A stretch of 64,000 bases of DNA from Octopus sinensis (taxonomy: Eukaryota), in contig NC_043017.1 of NCBI RefSeq assembly GCF_006345805.1, forward strand, positions 1,550,001 through 1,614,000. The letters run 5' to 3'. How positions within the stretch are numbered: the stretch's first letter is position 1; each line of letters starts with the position of its first letter. Under the pieces are notes generated by a model. It made no database searches, was not told where the DNA came from, and was given only the letters and a program-made list of their open reading frames with translations. Below, piece after piece: positions 39,264-54,582 of the stretch. The position numbers were made by a program, and so were the translations under genes.

Positions 39264-39460
39264 TTTATTTAAAGCAGCAGAAAATTCAACAAAATCTGTT
39301 ACTCTGAGTTTCCCGTTGCCGTTCATCGGACAGTTTTTGCTAGAATGGAACCGATATCCAATTTTCTGCTGCTTTTAAATAAAGCATATGACTCTACCAC
39401 TGGTATTTGAGTACTCTTTTTCCACCTTGTTTCACATTTATGTGTTTAACTCCGGTATAT
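39263..39460. mobile_element. Penelope-like terminal repeat (family P3) with 24-bp inverted arms
   Basis: CTTTATTTAAAGCAGCAGAAAATT (39263) and AATTTTCTGCTGCTTTTAAATAAAG (39360). Ends TGTGTTTAACTCCGGTATAT, shared with ~10345-10370. Confidence 0.55.
39296..39333 (-). ncRNA. Variant hammerhead-like motif
   Basis: CUGU-CCGAUGA-ACGGCAACGG-GAAA-CUC-A-GAGU-A-ACAG. Stem I CUGU/ACAG, near-palindromic stem III ACUC-A-GAGU, GUA triplet. Deviations: U4C core and an A.G pair at the base of stem II. Confidence 0.45.
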
Positions 39461-39461
39461 A

Positions 39462-39547
<86 letters not shown>

Positions 39548-39583
39548 TGTGTGTGTGTATATATATATATGTATGTCTGTATA

Positions 39584-39622
<39 letters not shown>

Positions 39623-40559
39623 TGTGTTTGTGGTGTGATATACATATATACACACATACACACACTATCATGCATACGTATCTATGCATAAAAGCTATGC
39701 AAACATACATACAAAGACTGGTTTTTTAATCACTAGTGTTCTGCACTTTCGGGACTGACCTAAAGCTAAACAACAACGAAAAAACAAATGTAACATCTCC
39801 AATTGTAAACAATAGATATATATACGGGACGTGTACTTGCTTAAGACAATCGACTGTACCTCTTAAAGGAGCCGTTTAGTCCACACTCTGTTAATTGCGA
39901 AATACTTGTATATGGAAGAGAAAAACGCTGATAAATGTGTGAAAATGAAAACTGTGTACTAAGCGATTTTATAGACGTTTTACAAGGAAAAATAAAATCT
40001 CCATCTTAAAAGGATCGGCTTAGAGATTTTGTGACAAAAGGATTAGAAGGATATGTACTTATATGCGTGTGAATGCATATTTTGTGCGTATGGGTGTATG
40101 AGTGCGTGTGGGTTTCTCTTAGTGACTATGTATGTGTGTGTACACGTATTTGTATACACACATAATTATATATGTACGTGCGTGCTTGTATGCATATATG
40201 TGTTTTTGTATACATATGAATATGTATATGTATATAATATATACATATGTGTGTGTCTGTGTCTATGTACATAGATATATACTTATGTATGCATATATGT
40301 ATTCATATATATACGTGTATATACATGAATATATATATATATATAATATTATATATATATATATATATATAGTAAATATATGTATTGCATACGCAGAACG
40401 GCAGAAATAAGAATATAAATATATGTCTGAATATATATATATATATATATACATACGGAGAGAAAAACGGGAGACATGAATGTATTGCTTGCTATTTTGC
40501 AGAACGCATATGTGTGTACATATATTATAAATATGTATATATATATATAATATAATATT

Positions 40560-40606
<47 letters not shown>

Positions 40607-40637
40607 TATATATATACATATATATGTACATATATAA

Positions 40638-40695
<58 letters not shown>

Positions 40696-40701
40696 GATAA
40701 T

Positions 40702-40737
<36 letters not shown>

Positions 40738-41367
40738 ACATGCATACATATATATTCATACATATATTTAAACCTTTATTTCAGCCGTTCTGGAGTTTTA
40801 TGGCGCCAACATCTAAGTAGACAGTATTCTTTATTTTCATCGCCTGACGTTAAGTAGGTAAAACTACTTCACCAGAAATCTTGAACAGAATTCCTTTGCT
40901 TCTAGGAATTGTGAAATGTTTGAATCACGTTTTTGTCTTTAATCTAATACCAAAGATAGCTGCTGTAACTGATTGAAAAATATAGGAGAGAAATATATAT
41001 CCTGCTGATAAAAGCTAATAGTTTATTATACGGCATATTATGTCATGAACAGCTGAAATTATTTATAACGTGAATACTCTACCGTATATAATAGTTTGTT
41101 CCTTCTTCCTGTTGCTGATAAGGTAACCCTCGGAAAGTACATGAACTATATTACAGTGAATGTACTGCTCCCTAGTTTCCGTTCCCTGTTGCTGAGTAGA
41201 AATAAATTCATAACTGAGCGGCTGTGTGATGTTTTCAATAAGCACACATAATGCAGTGAAGTAGATAAACATACACACACACATACACACACACATACAT
41301 ACATACATATATACATACATACATACATACAAACAAACATATATACACACAGGTGATAAATATATAG

Positions 41368-41400
<33 letters not shown>

Positions 41401-41460
41401 TATATATATATAATATATATATATATATATAGATATATATATACATATATTACTACATGG

Positions 41461-41650
41461 GAATCGTTGGCAATGGTTTCCTCCGTCTTCCTTTTCTGTT
41501 GCACTTCCCTCTTTCTCCTGTTTCTGAAGAAGAGTTTTGCTCGAAACGTAAAACCTTTCTTTATTTCCCTAAGCGCCTTTTACTACCTTACATGTACCAC
41601 GTGCTCGCCTTGTTGGTTTCTTGTGTTTGTTCTTTGTTTTGGGGATTTTT
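41461..41650 (+). mobile_element. Penelope-like terminal repeat, diverged relative of P1
   Basis: Shares CGTTGGC...TTTCCTCCGTCTTCC and the hammerhead block with 26095 and 60843. Between (TA)n and (TCTA)n. Confidence 0.6.
41520..41554 (+). ncRNA. Minimal type I hammerhead ribozyme motif
   Basis: GUUU-CUGAAGA-A-GAGU(UUU)GCUC-GAAAC-GUA-AAAC. All pairings kept, with one U.G pair in stem II. Confidence 0.7.
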
Positions 41651-43211
41651 ATATCTATCTATCTATCTATCTAGAATAATGAACTGTAATGTAATGTGAT
41701 ACATAAACAGTAAAATGGAACTGCCTGCTTTTTGGGTGCAGGTAAGACATTTCATTTCGTCATTTTATTCATAATTTCATTCGCTATATGTTTTGTGTAC
41801 CTCACTGTATTGTTTTGTCTGTCTTTGTATCGTCCCATCTTTATCCGAGCCTTTTGTGCTTAATAAAAGAAATGAGTGATCGTACTTGCAGATCATTGCT
41901 GGAAAATTAAAATGTCGTCTTCTCGTTTTACATCATCTTTAATAAGTATATGAGTCCCAAACTATTCCAAAGAGATCCAATGGAAAATGTTACAATCTTC
42001 CATTTCCTAAGCAGCAGTTTTGTTCCGTTGCTGTACATCCATGAAGTGTTATTGCTCTAAATACAACTTTTCCCATTTTGGTACAGTCGCAGTTTCAACT
42101 ACAGCGGAAATTTGCCAGACAGTCCGGCGGGTTGCGTGGAGACTTTTGAATGATATATGAGGCCCATTTCTAGATCTTTTCGCTGCATAAATACATTCAT
42201 ACATACAAATTCAATCTAGTAATGGTGCAGTGAAGATTTGTAAGATATTCAAGAATCTGGGGTTCTTATGTGAATAGATGCCCACACATGGGTGCATGCA
42301 TCGACAGTTCAACCAATTCACCATCTCAACCACATATTTACAAAGACAGGGACTTCTCTTAACTGAAAACGGTTTGTTTTTATAGCAACCGTGTTGAACT
42401 CTCACAAGAGCATAAACTAAACTCAAAGAAAAATCATACATACATACATACATACATAAATACATACTTACGTACATACATACATACATGTATGCATGCA
42501 TACATAAAAACATGAATGCATACATATTTGCATACATACATACATACATACATGCATACATACATAATAGGCAAATAGCAAATACGACTTGTAAGTGGCA
42601 CAATGAATATATGCAAGATTTTCCTCAAATTCAAATATTACGCTGTTTCTGTTATTTAGATTAGAAAGATGAAGTTTTGTATGTTTGTTACAAACCAGCA
42701 CTTCTCGTCACATGAAGACTACCAATAACTGAAAACAGAAGACAGCATAAATACACAGCAGATACACGCATACATAAAATTTCGATATTTAACTATTATC
42801 ATCGTTGTTATCCATATTCCAGCGTTGGGGCTGTTCTTTCTTTCATAGAAGCTACATTCATCCTTCTCTGACAAAAAAAAAAAAAAGACGGGAAAAGATA
42901 TAATCAATATAAAACTGGATGTCAAGGCGTACATACATAAATAATTATGCGTTCATCTTGTGCGTAAAAACAGCTTTATTTATCTTATCTTTATTTTCTA
43001 TTCCTTCTCTCTCGACATTTTATTTAGATCTGTCTCTGCATTCAACTTTAGTTCTGTTGGAAACGCGAAATTTATTTTGCACTGAAATACTTCTTTCTGT
43101 CTTTGAACATCTGTTTTCCCTACAGAAGCCTTATACATAATTCAGACTGATGTATGCATTCGATACAGAACAGTGATTTAACGAACACTTGTTTCTCAGT
43201 ATTTCTTGGCG

Positions 43212-43243
43212 TTATTATTATTGTTGTTGCTCTGTTGTTGTTG

Positions 43244-43284
<41 letters not shown>

Positions 43285-43290
43285 ATTATA

Positions 43291-43329
<39 letters not shown>

Positions 43330-43358
43330 TAATATTATTATTATTATTATTTTATTAA

Positions 43359-43403
<45 letters not shown>

Positions 43404-43446
43404 TAATATTATTATTATTAATGTTATTATTATTATTATTATTATA

Positions 43447-43483
<37 letters not shown>

Positions 43484-43490
43484 GCTATTA
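43212..43490. repeat. Long imperfect (TAT)n array
   Basis: Direct reading. Confidence 0.95.
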
Positions 43491-43821
43491 ATACCTGATA
43501 TCTTTTCAGAAATTACGTAGATCTCTGTCTCGCCGGTTTGTATTCACCCTCCAGGTTCAAACCAGTGCGTAGTTACTCACAAACAGATAAACACACACTC
43601 ACCCCCACCCACGGCGAACATATACTCACACAGAGACACAAACACACACACACACATATATGTACACATATAAAGACATATATATATGTTTGTGTATGTG
43701 AGTGTGTGCGAGTGTGTGTGTATGTGTGTGTGTCCGTGTGAGCATATAACTATATATATGTCTGTTTGTCTGGTTGTGTATATGTATGAGTGCTGCTTTT
43801 TGATGTGTATTTCCTTTTGTT

Positions 43822-44031
43822 TTTATTTTACTAATTTCAGAAATTTGACTGCGGCCATAGTAGAGTACCGCCTTTAGTCGAAGAAATCGACCGCAGGATT
43901 TACTCTTTGCAAGCCTGGGACTTGTTCCAATGGTCCCTTTTACCGAACTGCTAGTTTACGGGGGTGTAAACTCACCACCAACAGTTCTTCAGCGATAATA
44001 GAGGGACAAACACAAACACACATACATGCGT

Positions 44032-44066
<35 letters not shown>

Positions 44067-44224
44067 ATATGTGTGTGTGTGTGTGTGTATGACGGTTTCT
44101 TTTAGTTTCCGTTGACCAAATTCACTCACAAGATATTGGTCGGCCCGAGGTGCCATGCAGTAGGACTGAACCCAGAACTATATGGTTGGGAATCAGATTT
44201 CTTAAGACACAGCCACTCCTGCGC
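43822..44224 (-). mobile_element. SINE family B, full length with internal (CA)n(TA)n(TG)n
   Basis: Tail ATTTGACTGCGGCCATAG, microsatellite at ~44005-44090, head ending ACACAGCCACTCCTGCGC. Confidence 0.88.
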
Positions 44225-44840
44225 TTATACACACACACATATATATTTACACACACTTATATATGTGTGTAAATATGTAGAATGTATGTACATATATACA
44301 TACATACACAATAGCCTTTTGTTTTCTGCAGACTGAAAGAAGCACGTGAAGTTTTAGCTCTAAAGTCTGGAAGAATTTATTATAAATATTTAATATTGAT
44401 GAATATAGATTCTGTTCTCTCATCTATATATTTTAAGGAAAATCTGAACACGCATACACGCAATCCATTCACGCAAACATTTTGCACATTCAGACATGCA
44501 TTGTCTTTCTTACAAATAATGCCGTATGGTTAAGAAGCAGTTTGGAGCGCAGGGCCACTTCGTGAGGCCTTGCACGCGAGGTTTCCTCTAGCCCCACTCC
44601 AACCAGCAAGATTTTAAGCGAATTTGGTAGTCAGCAACTGTGCAGAAGTGTGACCTGTGTACGCAAGCGCACACATATACACTTACACACAACCATGAGC
44701 TTACGCTCGCGTGTACATACACATACATGTATGTCTCATGTATTCAGTAACTTGTATAAATTCTATCTTTGAAAGCCTAGTACATATTCTATTGGTCACG
44801 TCGTATACACACACGCACACACACACACACACGCACACAG

Positions 44841-44873
<33 letters not shown>

Positions 44874-45998
44874 CGCATATGACGGACTTCTTTCTGTTTC
44901 CCGCAATGAAATTCACCGTCTGTGTGTGTCTTTCTCTATATGCACGTATATGCATTTGTATTCGACTTTGCATTTATCTCAAAACGTATAGGTCTCTATA
45001 AATTGGAAATTCGGCAAATAGTCGAACAAAAATATTCCCTTTGGAATTCGATCGTTGCGTACATGTAAGCATTTTTGAGATTTACATCATAATAATTCTC
45101 GAACCTTTAAACATATTTAGAATACGTTCTTATAGGATAGAGTCTATCCTAAACTGAATATGGGCTGCAATATTTGTACCACTGAGAAGCCACATTCAGT
45201 TTGGCCTTCAGTTTTACTTCATTCACTTTTTCTAAATTATAATTATATTCTTTCACATGAACTAAATTTGAAGATAAAATGTCTAGAATCTTATGACTGA
45301 AAACTATAATTTTCTAGAATTCTATAAGTGTTTCAAACAAAATATTTTTCTTTGTTTTATATGAATATTTAAAAGTTTTTTCACAAATCTTTAATATCAT
45401 TTATCTCGTACGTAAATATAGACTCTGTCAACTCATTCCCTTTTATCGTTCGAAAATCGGCAAGGTGAAGCAATACAGTATTCATTGAATTTTCACCGTA
45501 AGATAGTATATATGCATTGAGTAAAAAAAAACATCTTTTATTCTTACGCTATTATACTTGTATATTTTACGAACAATGGTCGCTCTGACGTCTCACGCTA
45601 GTCCAAAAGGTTATAGTGTTTTATTTCTGTAAATCCTAAATATACAGATTCGAAAATATAATGTCTTTATATTTACTTAATCGTGCAGTCATTCTAATCG
45701 TAAAGATTACCATTATTGACGATGGGGAAATAATTTTGGCCTTTAATGTTTGTATGTGTGCCCAGAAAAATATGCGCACGCGAGTGATATGCTTTCATGT
45801 GTGTGTGTGTGCGTGTGTGTGTGTGTGCGAATGTCTGTGAGTGTATGAAAAATTTACGTATATAAATATATCTGTCTACATATGCATGTATGAATATATA
45901 TATATGTATATATACATACACACACACGCACATGTATGTATATATATATACATATATATACATGTATGTATATATATACACACACACACACACGCATG

Positions 45999-46056
<58 letters not shown>

Positions 46057-46269
46057 CATACACACGCACATATATTTACATATACATGTACTGAATCGCT
46101 CACTCACTCACGTATGTTTATAGTATCAAGAATGACACTTATACAGTTATACTAATGCACACTTATATACAATCATCAAAACACACGTTATATCATCACA
46201 GGCATACACACGGTCACCCTTTCCATAAACATAATCTATATGCGTGTGTGTGCGCATGTATACATACAT

Positions 46270-46319
<50 letters not shown>

Positions 46320-46391
46320 GTGTGTGTGTGGTGTATGTGTGTGTGTCTGTGCTGTGTGTTGTGAATGTGTATGTATATATATATATATATA

Positions 46392-46422
<31 letters not shown>

Positions 46423-46465
46423 GTGTGTGTGTTGTCTGCGGTGTGTGTGTGTAAATGTGTATGTA

Positions 46466-46496
<31 letters not shown>

Positions 46497-46902
46497 CATA
46501 AATATATGGTGAGGGAGAAGGAGAGAGGGAGAGAGTAATGTTGCTTCAGGTTTATTAGATTTCATATAGTCATTACAGCTAATATTACCTTACAGCATAC
46601 ACACACACACACAACATCGAATAGCAAGTAATTTCAGACAAAAGATGATTATTTGACTTATGGCATATAGAGCGCAATTTAGATTGAAATGAAAATCCGC
46701 CATTGCGCGTTCACTCGACTCACTTAACTTAATATTTAATACAACCTCCAGTCTCCATTTGGTAAAGTTTGCTAACAGTTTCATCTAATCCCAAGTATTA
46801 TTACGCATTTCAGCAGTTTATCAGTTGAAGTTTGTTGTTTCATGTGGCTTCTTGCAGTTCTCATTGTTATTGCTATTGTTATTATTATTATTATTATTAT
46901 TA

Positions 46903-46938
<36 letters not shown>

Positions 46939-47509
46939 GATTGCCGTTTTTGTTGTCCCCGTTCTTATTATTGTTATCGTTGTTCTGTTACTGTAATCAT
47001 TAACTTACAGTAATATTTCCACGAATCATCTTATTTCTTTGCCGTACCGTTATTTCATAGTCAATCTACCTAGAATGGAGAACGAACGCCTAATAATGGA
47101 TATTATTAGCTTGCTTTGTCGGTTGATTTTGTTTGTTACAGGGTAGAGATTGAGATATTTATATTTTTGTTTTTGCTTTGCCTGCGTTTGTGTGTGTTAG
47201 TGGTTTGGGTGTGTGTGTGTGCGTATGAGTGTGTTTATTCTGGAACTTTCTGCTGTGACCTGCTGCAATTAACTGCTGTGGAAAGTAATAACATGATCGG
47301 AACTGTACTTTGCAGAAGGGCTTTCAATATATTATTACGTGTGCTACTTCTAGTCAGCTATCTGAACATTTAATGATATTGCTATACAACGGAGCCATAT
47401 TACATTGCTGAGCACGTACAGTCGACAAGTCAACACACCTGAGTGCGTGTATATAGATGGATGAAAGCATTTGCATTTCTGTGTGCGCTTCTACACAAAG
47501 GTGTGTACG

Positions 47510-47542
<33 letters not shown>

Positions 47543-47806
47543 TCACACGCACATACATATATACATATATATATATATATTCACGTTTATATACATATAA
47601 ATAATATATATATATATAATATATATATATTATATATACATATATATATATACGTATATATGTATACATATAATATATATAATATATACATATATACATT
47701 TGTATTCATGTATATATGTATAAATATGTATATGCATGGTGCATATACAGGTGATATAGTGTACACATATTGGTACAAGCAGCACACAAACTTTTGTATG
47801 TGTATG

Positions 47807-47857
<51 letters not shown>

Positions 47858-48773
47858 ATAGATATATATATATATATATACATATATATATGTATGTATA
47901 TGTGTGTATGCGTGTGTATGTTTGTCTATTTCAATCTTTCTCCCTGTATATATCTACATACGAAAGCACACGCGCGTGCACACACAAACACACGCGTGCA
48001 CACACAAACACACGCACGCGTGCACAAACACATACATACATACATACACACGCACACTCACATATATATACATATATAGTGTTGTCAAATAAATGTTTTC
48101 GTTTCTTTCCATTTCGTCTCATTTATATATTTTGTGTAGCTCTTGTTTATCATTTTTATAATTTGTACATCTTTTACCTGTTGACAGATATTTAACGACG
48201 GCGGGTCATGTTGAACAAACGAGCATTTTTGACACCTGCTTTTGTCAAGTTTCACTCAATGTTCCAAAGGACAATTAAAACCGTGAAACGTTAAGAACTA
48301 CACAGAAATGACTGTCATGCTTCACCAGTCCTTCAAATACACTCACTTCTCCACGAAATCATTGCATCGCTAAACTCCATTCCGTCGCCACATCAAATGT
48401 AGAATATTTTCCTGATGACAGAGGTTGGTAGTATCCGACGATGGAATCAATTTACAATCATTATTTTAGACCCCCAAAACCCCTGAAACAGCTGTTGGAC
48501 TCGTATAAATTTTATTCAACAGCTTTCGTCCCTGATATCATTTCTATTCTCTGGAAGTCAGACCATTTTATTTCTAAGCATATAAGTTTTCGTATGAAAA
48601 GTATATAATATTTGTCGTATATCAATGTGCGTAACTTGTTCTTACATTTACTCCTCTACCTGCCCAAGTTCAAACGTCTTGAGCACTACGAAGTGTACTC
48701 TATACAGAGAATACCTCTCTCTAATCTGGAAACTATATATATATATGTATGTATATGGTGTGTGCGTTGTGTA

Positions 48774-48819
<46 letters not shown>

Positions 48820-48826
48820 ATATATA

Positions 48827-48860
<34 letters not shown>

Positions 48861-49449
48861 CGCGCATATATAGATATATATTTACTTATCTTTCTATGGA
48901 TACATAAAAAACTACACACATACATACAAAGATACGTTCATGCACAGAATAAACTAACGTGAATAAACAAAAAAACTCGTTACTTTTATCGTCACATATC
49001 TGAAAGATAACCGGCTGAAAGTCACCTATCCTTGTTCAATAATGTCCAAACTACATCAAAACGTTTTGTATTGCTAACGTGCTTACACAAAGACTTTTTT
49101 GTTTTGTTTTATAGAATTTATCCTTTATGTTTTATACAATATATTCTCATTTACCATTTCACATGAAAAACCGGTAAAGCGTGAAACTAATAGATATGAT
49201 CTATATAATGTCAGATTTAAGTATCGTTTAAAACAGTCAACATCATCGAGTTATTGTATAGAGCACTTTATACTTATAAAGAGTTTACAATGATTTGTAT
49301 CTACATCATATATGTGCATGTATGTATATATACATATGTATGTGTATATATATGGTTATACAACTATCCTAAACTTTCCCTCCTTACTCAGATGTACCAT
49401 TTCATGCTGGTATGTATATGTTGTGTGAATTTCCTTTATATTTATATCA

Positions 49450-49508
<59 letters not shown>

Positions 49509-49601
49509 ATATATATAATATATCTATATATATATATAATATATATAATATATAAATACATATATAATATATATACACATAGATGCATAGACATATACAT
49601 A

Positions 49602-49651
<50 letters not shown>

Positions 49652-49666
49652 AATAACATATATTTA

Positions 49667-49703
<37 letters not shown>

Positions 49704-49726
49704 ATATTATAATTTATATATATATT

Positions 49727-49759
<33 letters not shown>

Positions 49760-50024
49760 AAGATGGAAGACTAGATCAAACGATAGAGGGATACTACAGC
49801 TACATAGAATATATGCATGTATATTATAATATGTCTGTTTTAATGTCGTGCATCCCAATACTTCTAGTAGAGTAAATATTTTTCTATAGCTTTAAAAGAT
49901 GATAGAAGTGGCTTCGAATTCATTGTCAATCCTATTCAAGTAAGTGTAAACGTACAATCATAAATACATAAACTCATGCATAAATACCTGTACCTGTATG
50001 TATAGATGTATAGATATGCATGTG

Positions 50025-50066
<42 letters not shown>

Positions 50067-50231
50067 CTAATACACACATACATAAATTTTATAATATACA
50101 TATGTGCATCAACGAAATAAAAAACAGGACACAATGTTTTGATGCATATACCCCCCTCACTCTGCTACTAGCTGGCATATACAGCTGCTACACTTATCAG
50201 GTATTCCCCTGAATTTATTATATATATATAT

Positions 50232-50263
<32 letters not shown>

Positions 50264-50326
50264 GCAGAGAGGAGAGAGAGAAAGAGATAGATAATTATTT
50301 GATCTGTTCTCTAATTCGTCTTTCAG

Positions 50327-50359
50327 CTCTCGATCATTGGATTGCAATCAAACTCGGTG
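50327..50359 (+). other. Candidate 33-nt exon
   Basis: CTAAT branch point, TCGTCTTTCAG acceptor, GTAGGG donor (moderate). Phase 1-1 frame reads LDHWIAIKLG. Confidence 0.3.
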
Positions 50360-51380
50360 GTAGGGATTCAGAGATCTTGGAATCGTATTACGCTGTGCTA
50401 CGCATACTACTAAATCTTGGATTATTCTTAATCTAACGATAATTTCGTAAAATTCTGCACCTTTCCACGAACTTTCTTAATTTTGTTTACATTTTCTATA
50501 ATCTTGTATTTGATATTATGCTCCATTAATTTCTGTTTCAACCTAGTCCATACTTTTCATAGTTTTGTCTCTCTCGGTGCGGCCTTAAAGAATATGTATG
50601 GTTTACACTTATCCTAAACTTTCTATCCCTGAAAGAGATTTACCATTTCGTTTTGGTGCTGTGTTTTGCATTACTTATTATTATTGTGAATTGGATTTCG
50701 TATGTGACGATCAACTTATTTCAGCCACTACTCAAGTAGCATGCAGTAATATTTATCCATGGATATTTATCAAATCTATTGATAAAAATGAATTTAGGAA
50801 AAGACAGAAGACCCTCCTAGGAGGGTATTGAAATCGGAACGGGAAGATACGTAACAAAATAAAACATATAAATGAAACAGCCATTTTCCCACCTTCTATG
50901 ACATTTCATCACCCGATTCCTCAACGCTCCCGATCATATTTAAGCTAATATTAAACGAAAGCAATTCAAAGCAAGTAAACTAAATGGCGATAGGAAACAA
51001 AGGACAATAAAGCAAAGCAACACATTTCAGAATATAACAACACACATTCACAAAGAAACATATGTGAACATAAATATCGCAAACGACTATAAAACGCAGC
51101 AGCTGAAGGAAACGCACACTCACACTCATACACCAGCAGAAGGAAATTGATATATCTATACAAAATACAAGGACAATGACTTTAAAGAGGTGTGAAAAAT
51201 ACGTAAAATACACAAAAGAAAAGAAGTAAAGAATGATCGGATACCAGACAGAGTTATCCTTCTTCCTGCTGTCTTAGTTTTAACAAAATAAAATTGATTT
51301 GAATTATAACTCGTTTAAATATACGCATAATTTCTTCTTTTAAAGCATTATATACGTATACACAAACATACATCTAATTG

Positions 51381-51412
<32 letters not shown>

Positions 51413-53159
51413 ATATATATATAATATATATGCCTGCGTGAATGTGCATTTTTCTGTATGTATAAATGTATGTTTGTGTACATACATATACGAAAATACA
51501 CGCGTATGTATACAAATTTATATACTTATATATGCATGTATGTATATATATATATATATATTATATATATGATATATACACATACCCACACACATATATA
51601 TATATATATTTATATCTATATATATAAACACACATATATGTACATACACATACATACATATATATTTATGTAGCCATCCATTAATATAATTTATATGTTT
51701 GGTTGTGTGTGAATATAAGGACATATATGTGCCTGCGTTTGCGGACGTGCATGTACATGGATGTGTGTGTCTCTGCGCGTGTGAGAGGGTCTGTGCGTGT
51801 GTTTGGTTGGGTGTGTAGATTTGGTTGTCTCCGTTGTCCTATCATTCAGAACTTTGATCCTCGTTAACAATAGATCAATAATATATTTCAATGACTTTTG
51901 ATGTGCAAAACTGATGATTATTGGTTCCGACATTTTTTCTTTGATCATTATATCTCTTTTAAGGGTGTATAGTGTATATACATCGATAAATATATATATA
52001 TATATCTGTACACATACTAATATATACATTTTATGTGTGTATATACATATATGTACCTATATATATGTATATCTATACATATATATATATATTATATAAT
52101 ATATATATATAATATATAAATATATATATATATGCATATGTATTTGTACAATATATATATATACTTATACATATGTATTACTTATATTCGAACGTCTACA
52201 TACTTGCTTGAATACACACACACACACACACATGCACACACAAGTACACAGACACTGAAAGACACACTTATATACATATATGATTTCGTACCTTTGTGTT
52301 GCGCTTATGTAAGATTGTGCGTATGAATGTATAAAATTGTATGTAGATTCACATTGAAGATCAACATTTTTCTAATTGTGATCTTTAACGATTTCAATTT
52401 AGAAACACACATATTTGTATATAGGTATGTATATGCATATATATTATATATATATATATATCTATATAATATATATATATATATATATATATCATATATA
52501 TATAATAATAAATTATAAGAGAGTGGTCACTATATTGCTCACTCTAGCACCAGTTAATCCAAAAGGTTTCAACCACCTAATTCTCTCACCCTTATTAATT
52601 AATATATATATAATATATATATATAATATATATATATATATATTATATATATAATATATATATACACGTCCCTATGTGCAATTTAATTTTCTTACATATA
52701 TAAATGTCTAAGCTTATTCATACATGCCTGCAAACACACGTATGTGTATACGCCTCTATATTTCTATGCTACATTATTTATACGTGTACATACTTGAACA
52801 CACACATCCCTAATATAGCTATTTTGTAACTGACACAAATTCTCTGAACACGTATAACATACACCCTAATTGAATCTAAATCACATAAATTTACCATGTA
52901 TGCGTGTATGTATGTATTTATGTGTGTATGTGTGTATGTATGAACATATATATGTATGTATGTAGCTATATATCTAACTATCACACTAACTATCTATATA
53001 TCTTTTATTCCCCCCCCTATCTCTCTCTCTCTCAATGTATGTATGTATATATATATATACACACACCTCATTAGTTCTTGAAACTGTATAATTATTTTAC
53101 TCTTAACTTATTTAGTCAGCTAGTGTGTCTCTGTATGTGTGAGTGTGTGAGTGTATATG

Positions 53160-53220
<61 letters not shown>

Positions 53221-53354
53221 AACTCCTTGTATGAGGATGTATGACAACGTTCGCTCTGTTAGTCGTAATCCTTATGTCGAGTGTGACATTGAATACTGTC
53301 AACGATTTACAAAAAAAGCCCGCAGATGTTAGAAGTCTGATCATTACATGTCAG

Positions 53355-53715
53355 TGGAAGTGACCGATTTTCCCCCTTGCCTTGCACCACTGAGTCTGTT
53401 AATAATATCATTCTCTTGTATCATTTTGAGTCAACGATATCTAATCTGTTGGCTCCAAGGTTGTTTAATCAAAGGCGTTATGGGCTATATTGACTGCAAA
53501 GAGTATATCTTGCACCTAGTCCTGACTTCTGACCGATGGTCGACCAACGTTCCTCTGCCCACTATCAAGCTGCTGTATGTATTCTTTTGCCCAACCATTT
53601 TGTTGATATGGCCAACCCAGCGCAAATGTGATTACATAACGACGCTCCCAATTTCACCAGCCTTACACTTGCTAAACAAGCCAACATTAGACACCCCTTG
53701 CTTTAGATCATATGT
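53355..53715 (-). mobile_element. RTE-clade LINE 3' fragment, decayed
   Basis: VSNVGLFSKCKAGEIGSVVM*SHLRWVGHINKM, then GQRNVGRP in another frame. Matches SN.EVL......QLRW.GHV.RM and G.R..GRP. Confidence 0.75.
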
Positions 53716-54571
53716 TAAATATACGAGCGTGGTCCTAACTACATTTATAACACTCTCCAAGCTCTATCATGATAAACCTAAATTCCCGGAGAAACCACTT
53801 TTAGAGGAATACTTAAAAATAATGAGAAAGAGATTTTAATATGATATGTAAGTGTAGATTTATGGATGTGAAATCATTTACGAGTGTCTCTTGAAGTATG
53901 TATGTCAAGTAATGTGTAACGCGACTTACTAACACTAAATTTTGCGAAATTCTATGAAATATCGTCATTATTTCCCGCAACCACCCTCTGCTGTACAATG
54001 CGCAATAAAATGAGATATTTATCTTCGTAGTATGAATATATGATTTTGGACAACCCTATTTTCCTTTCATCAGCCATACCCTTTCCTGCTGGCTCAGATC
54101 ATATTGGAAGAAGGTATTAAGCTTGTAGTTTTTCCCACACCTAAACTAATTGTTTTCACCGCACCTATGGAACTCAGACTAGCCTCACAAAAATCTATTT
54201 AACACATAGACGGGACCCTGTCGTACTACCATTCCAAATCAGAACAGACCGGGGAGTAATGGTAATTAATAGGCCATTCCACGCTCGCAACAACTCCAGA
54301 ACACCCGAACGGGAGCCTCATCGCTGGATGAATTTTAAAGTCACAACTACATAAATTTGATAAAGAAAGAATAATATTATGAATAGGTTTTCAAATTTGA
54401 ACATGAAAACATAGTCTACAGAAGATTTACTTAATAAAATCTAATGGAAAAACCGCTATTTTTCAGTGTAGGCGTATGCAAAAATAACCTGGTCGTAACA
54501 CTATATTTTCAGACTTCGCTTCCGATCGGATATCTGATCGATTACGCACACTAATTCTTCTTTCTTTTCAG

Positions 54572-54582
54572 AAAGTTATCAT
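54572..54582 (+). other. Candidate 11-nt microexon
   Basis: CACTAAT branch point, TCTTCTTTCTTTTCAG acceptor, exon AAAGTTATCAT, GTAAGA donor. Confidence 0.38.

Noticed and set aside
49765-49775. TGGAAGACTAG, identical to the miR-7 5' end
   Set aside because: Diverges after 11 nt, has no hairpin partner, and directly follows (TA)n.
53348-53839. 163-aa + strand ORF, one of the longest not driven by a microsatellite
   Set aside because: It is largely the antisense of a decayed RTE fragment on the minus strand.
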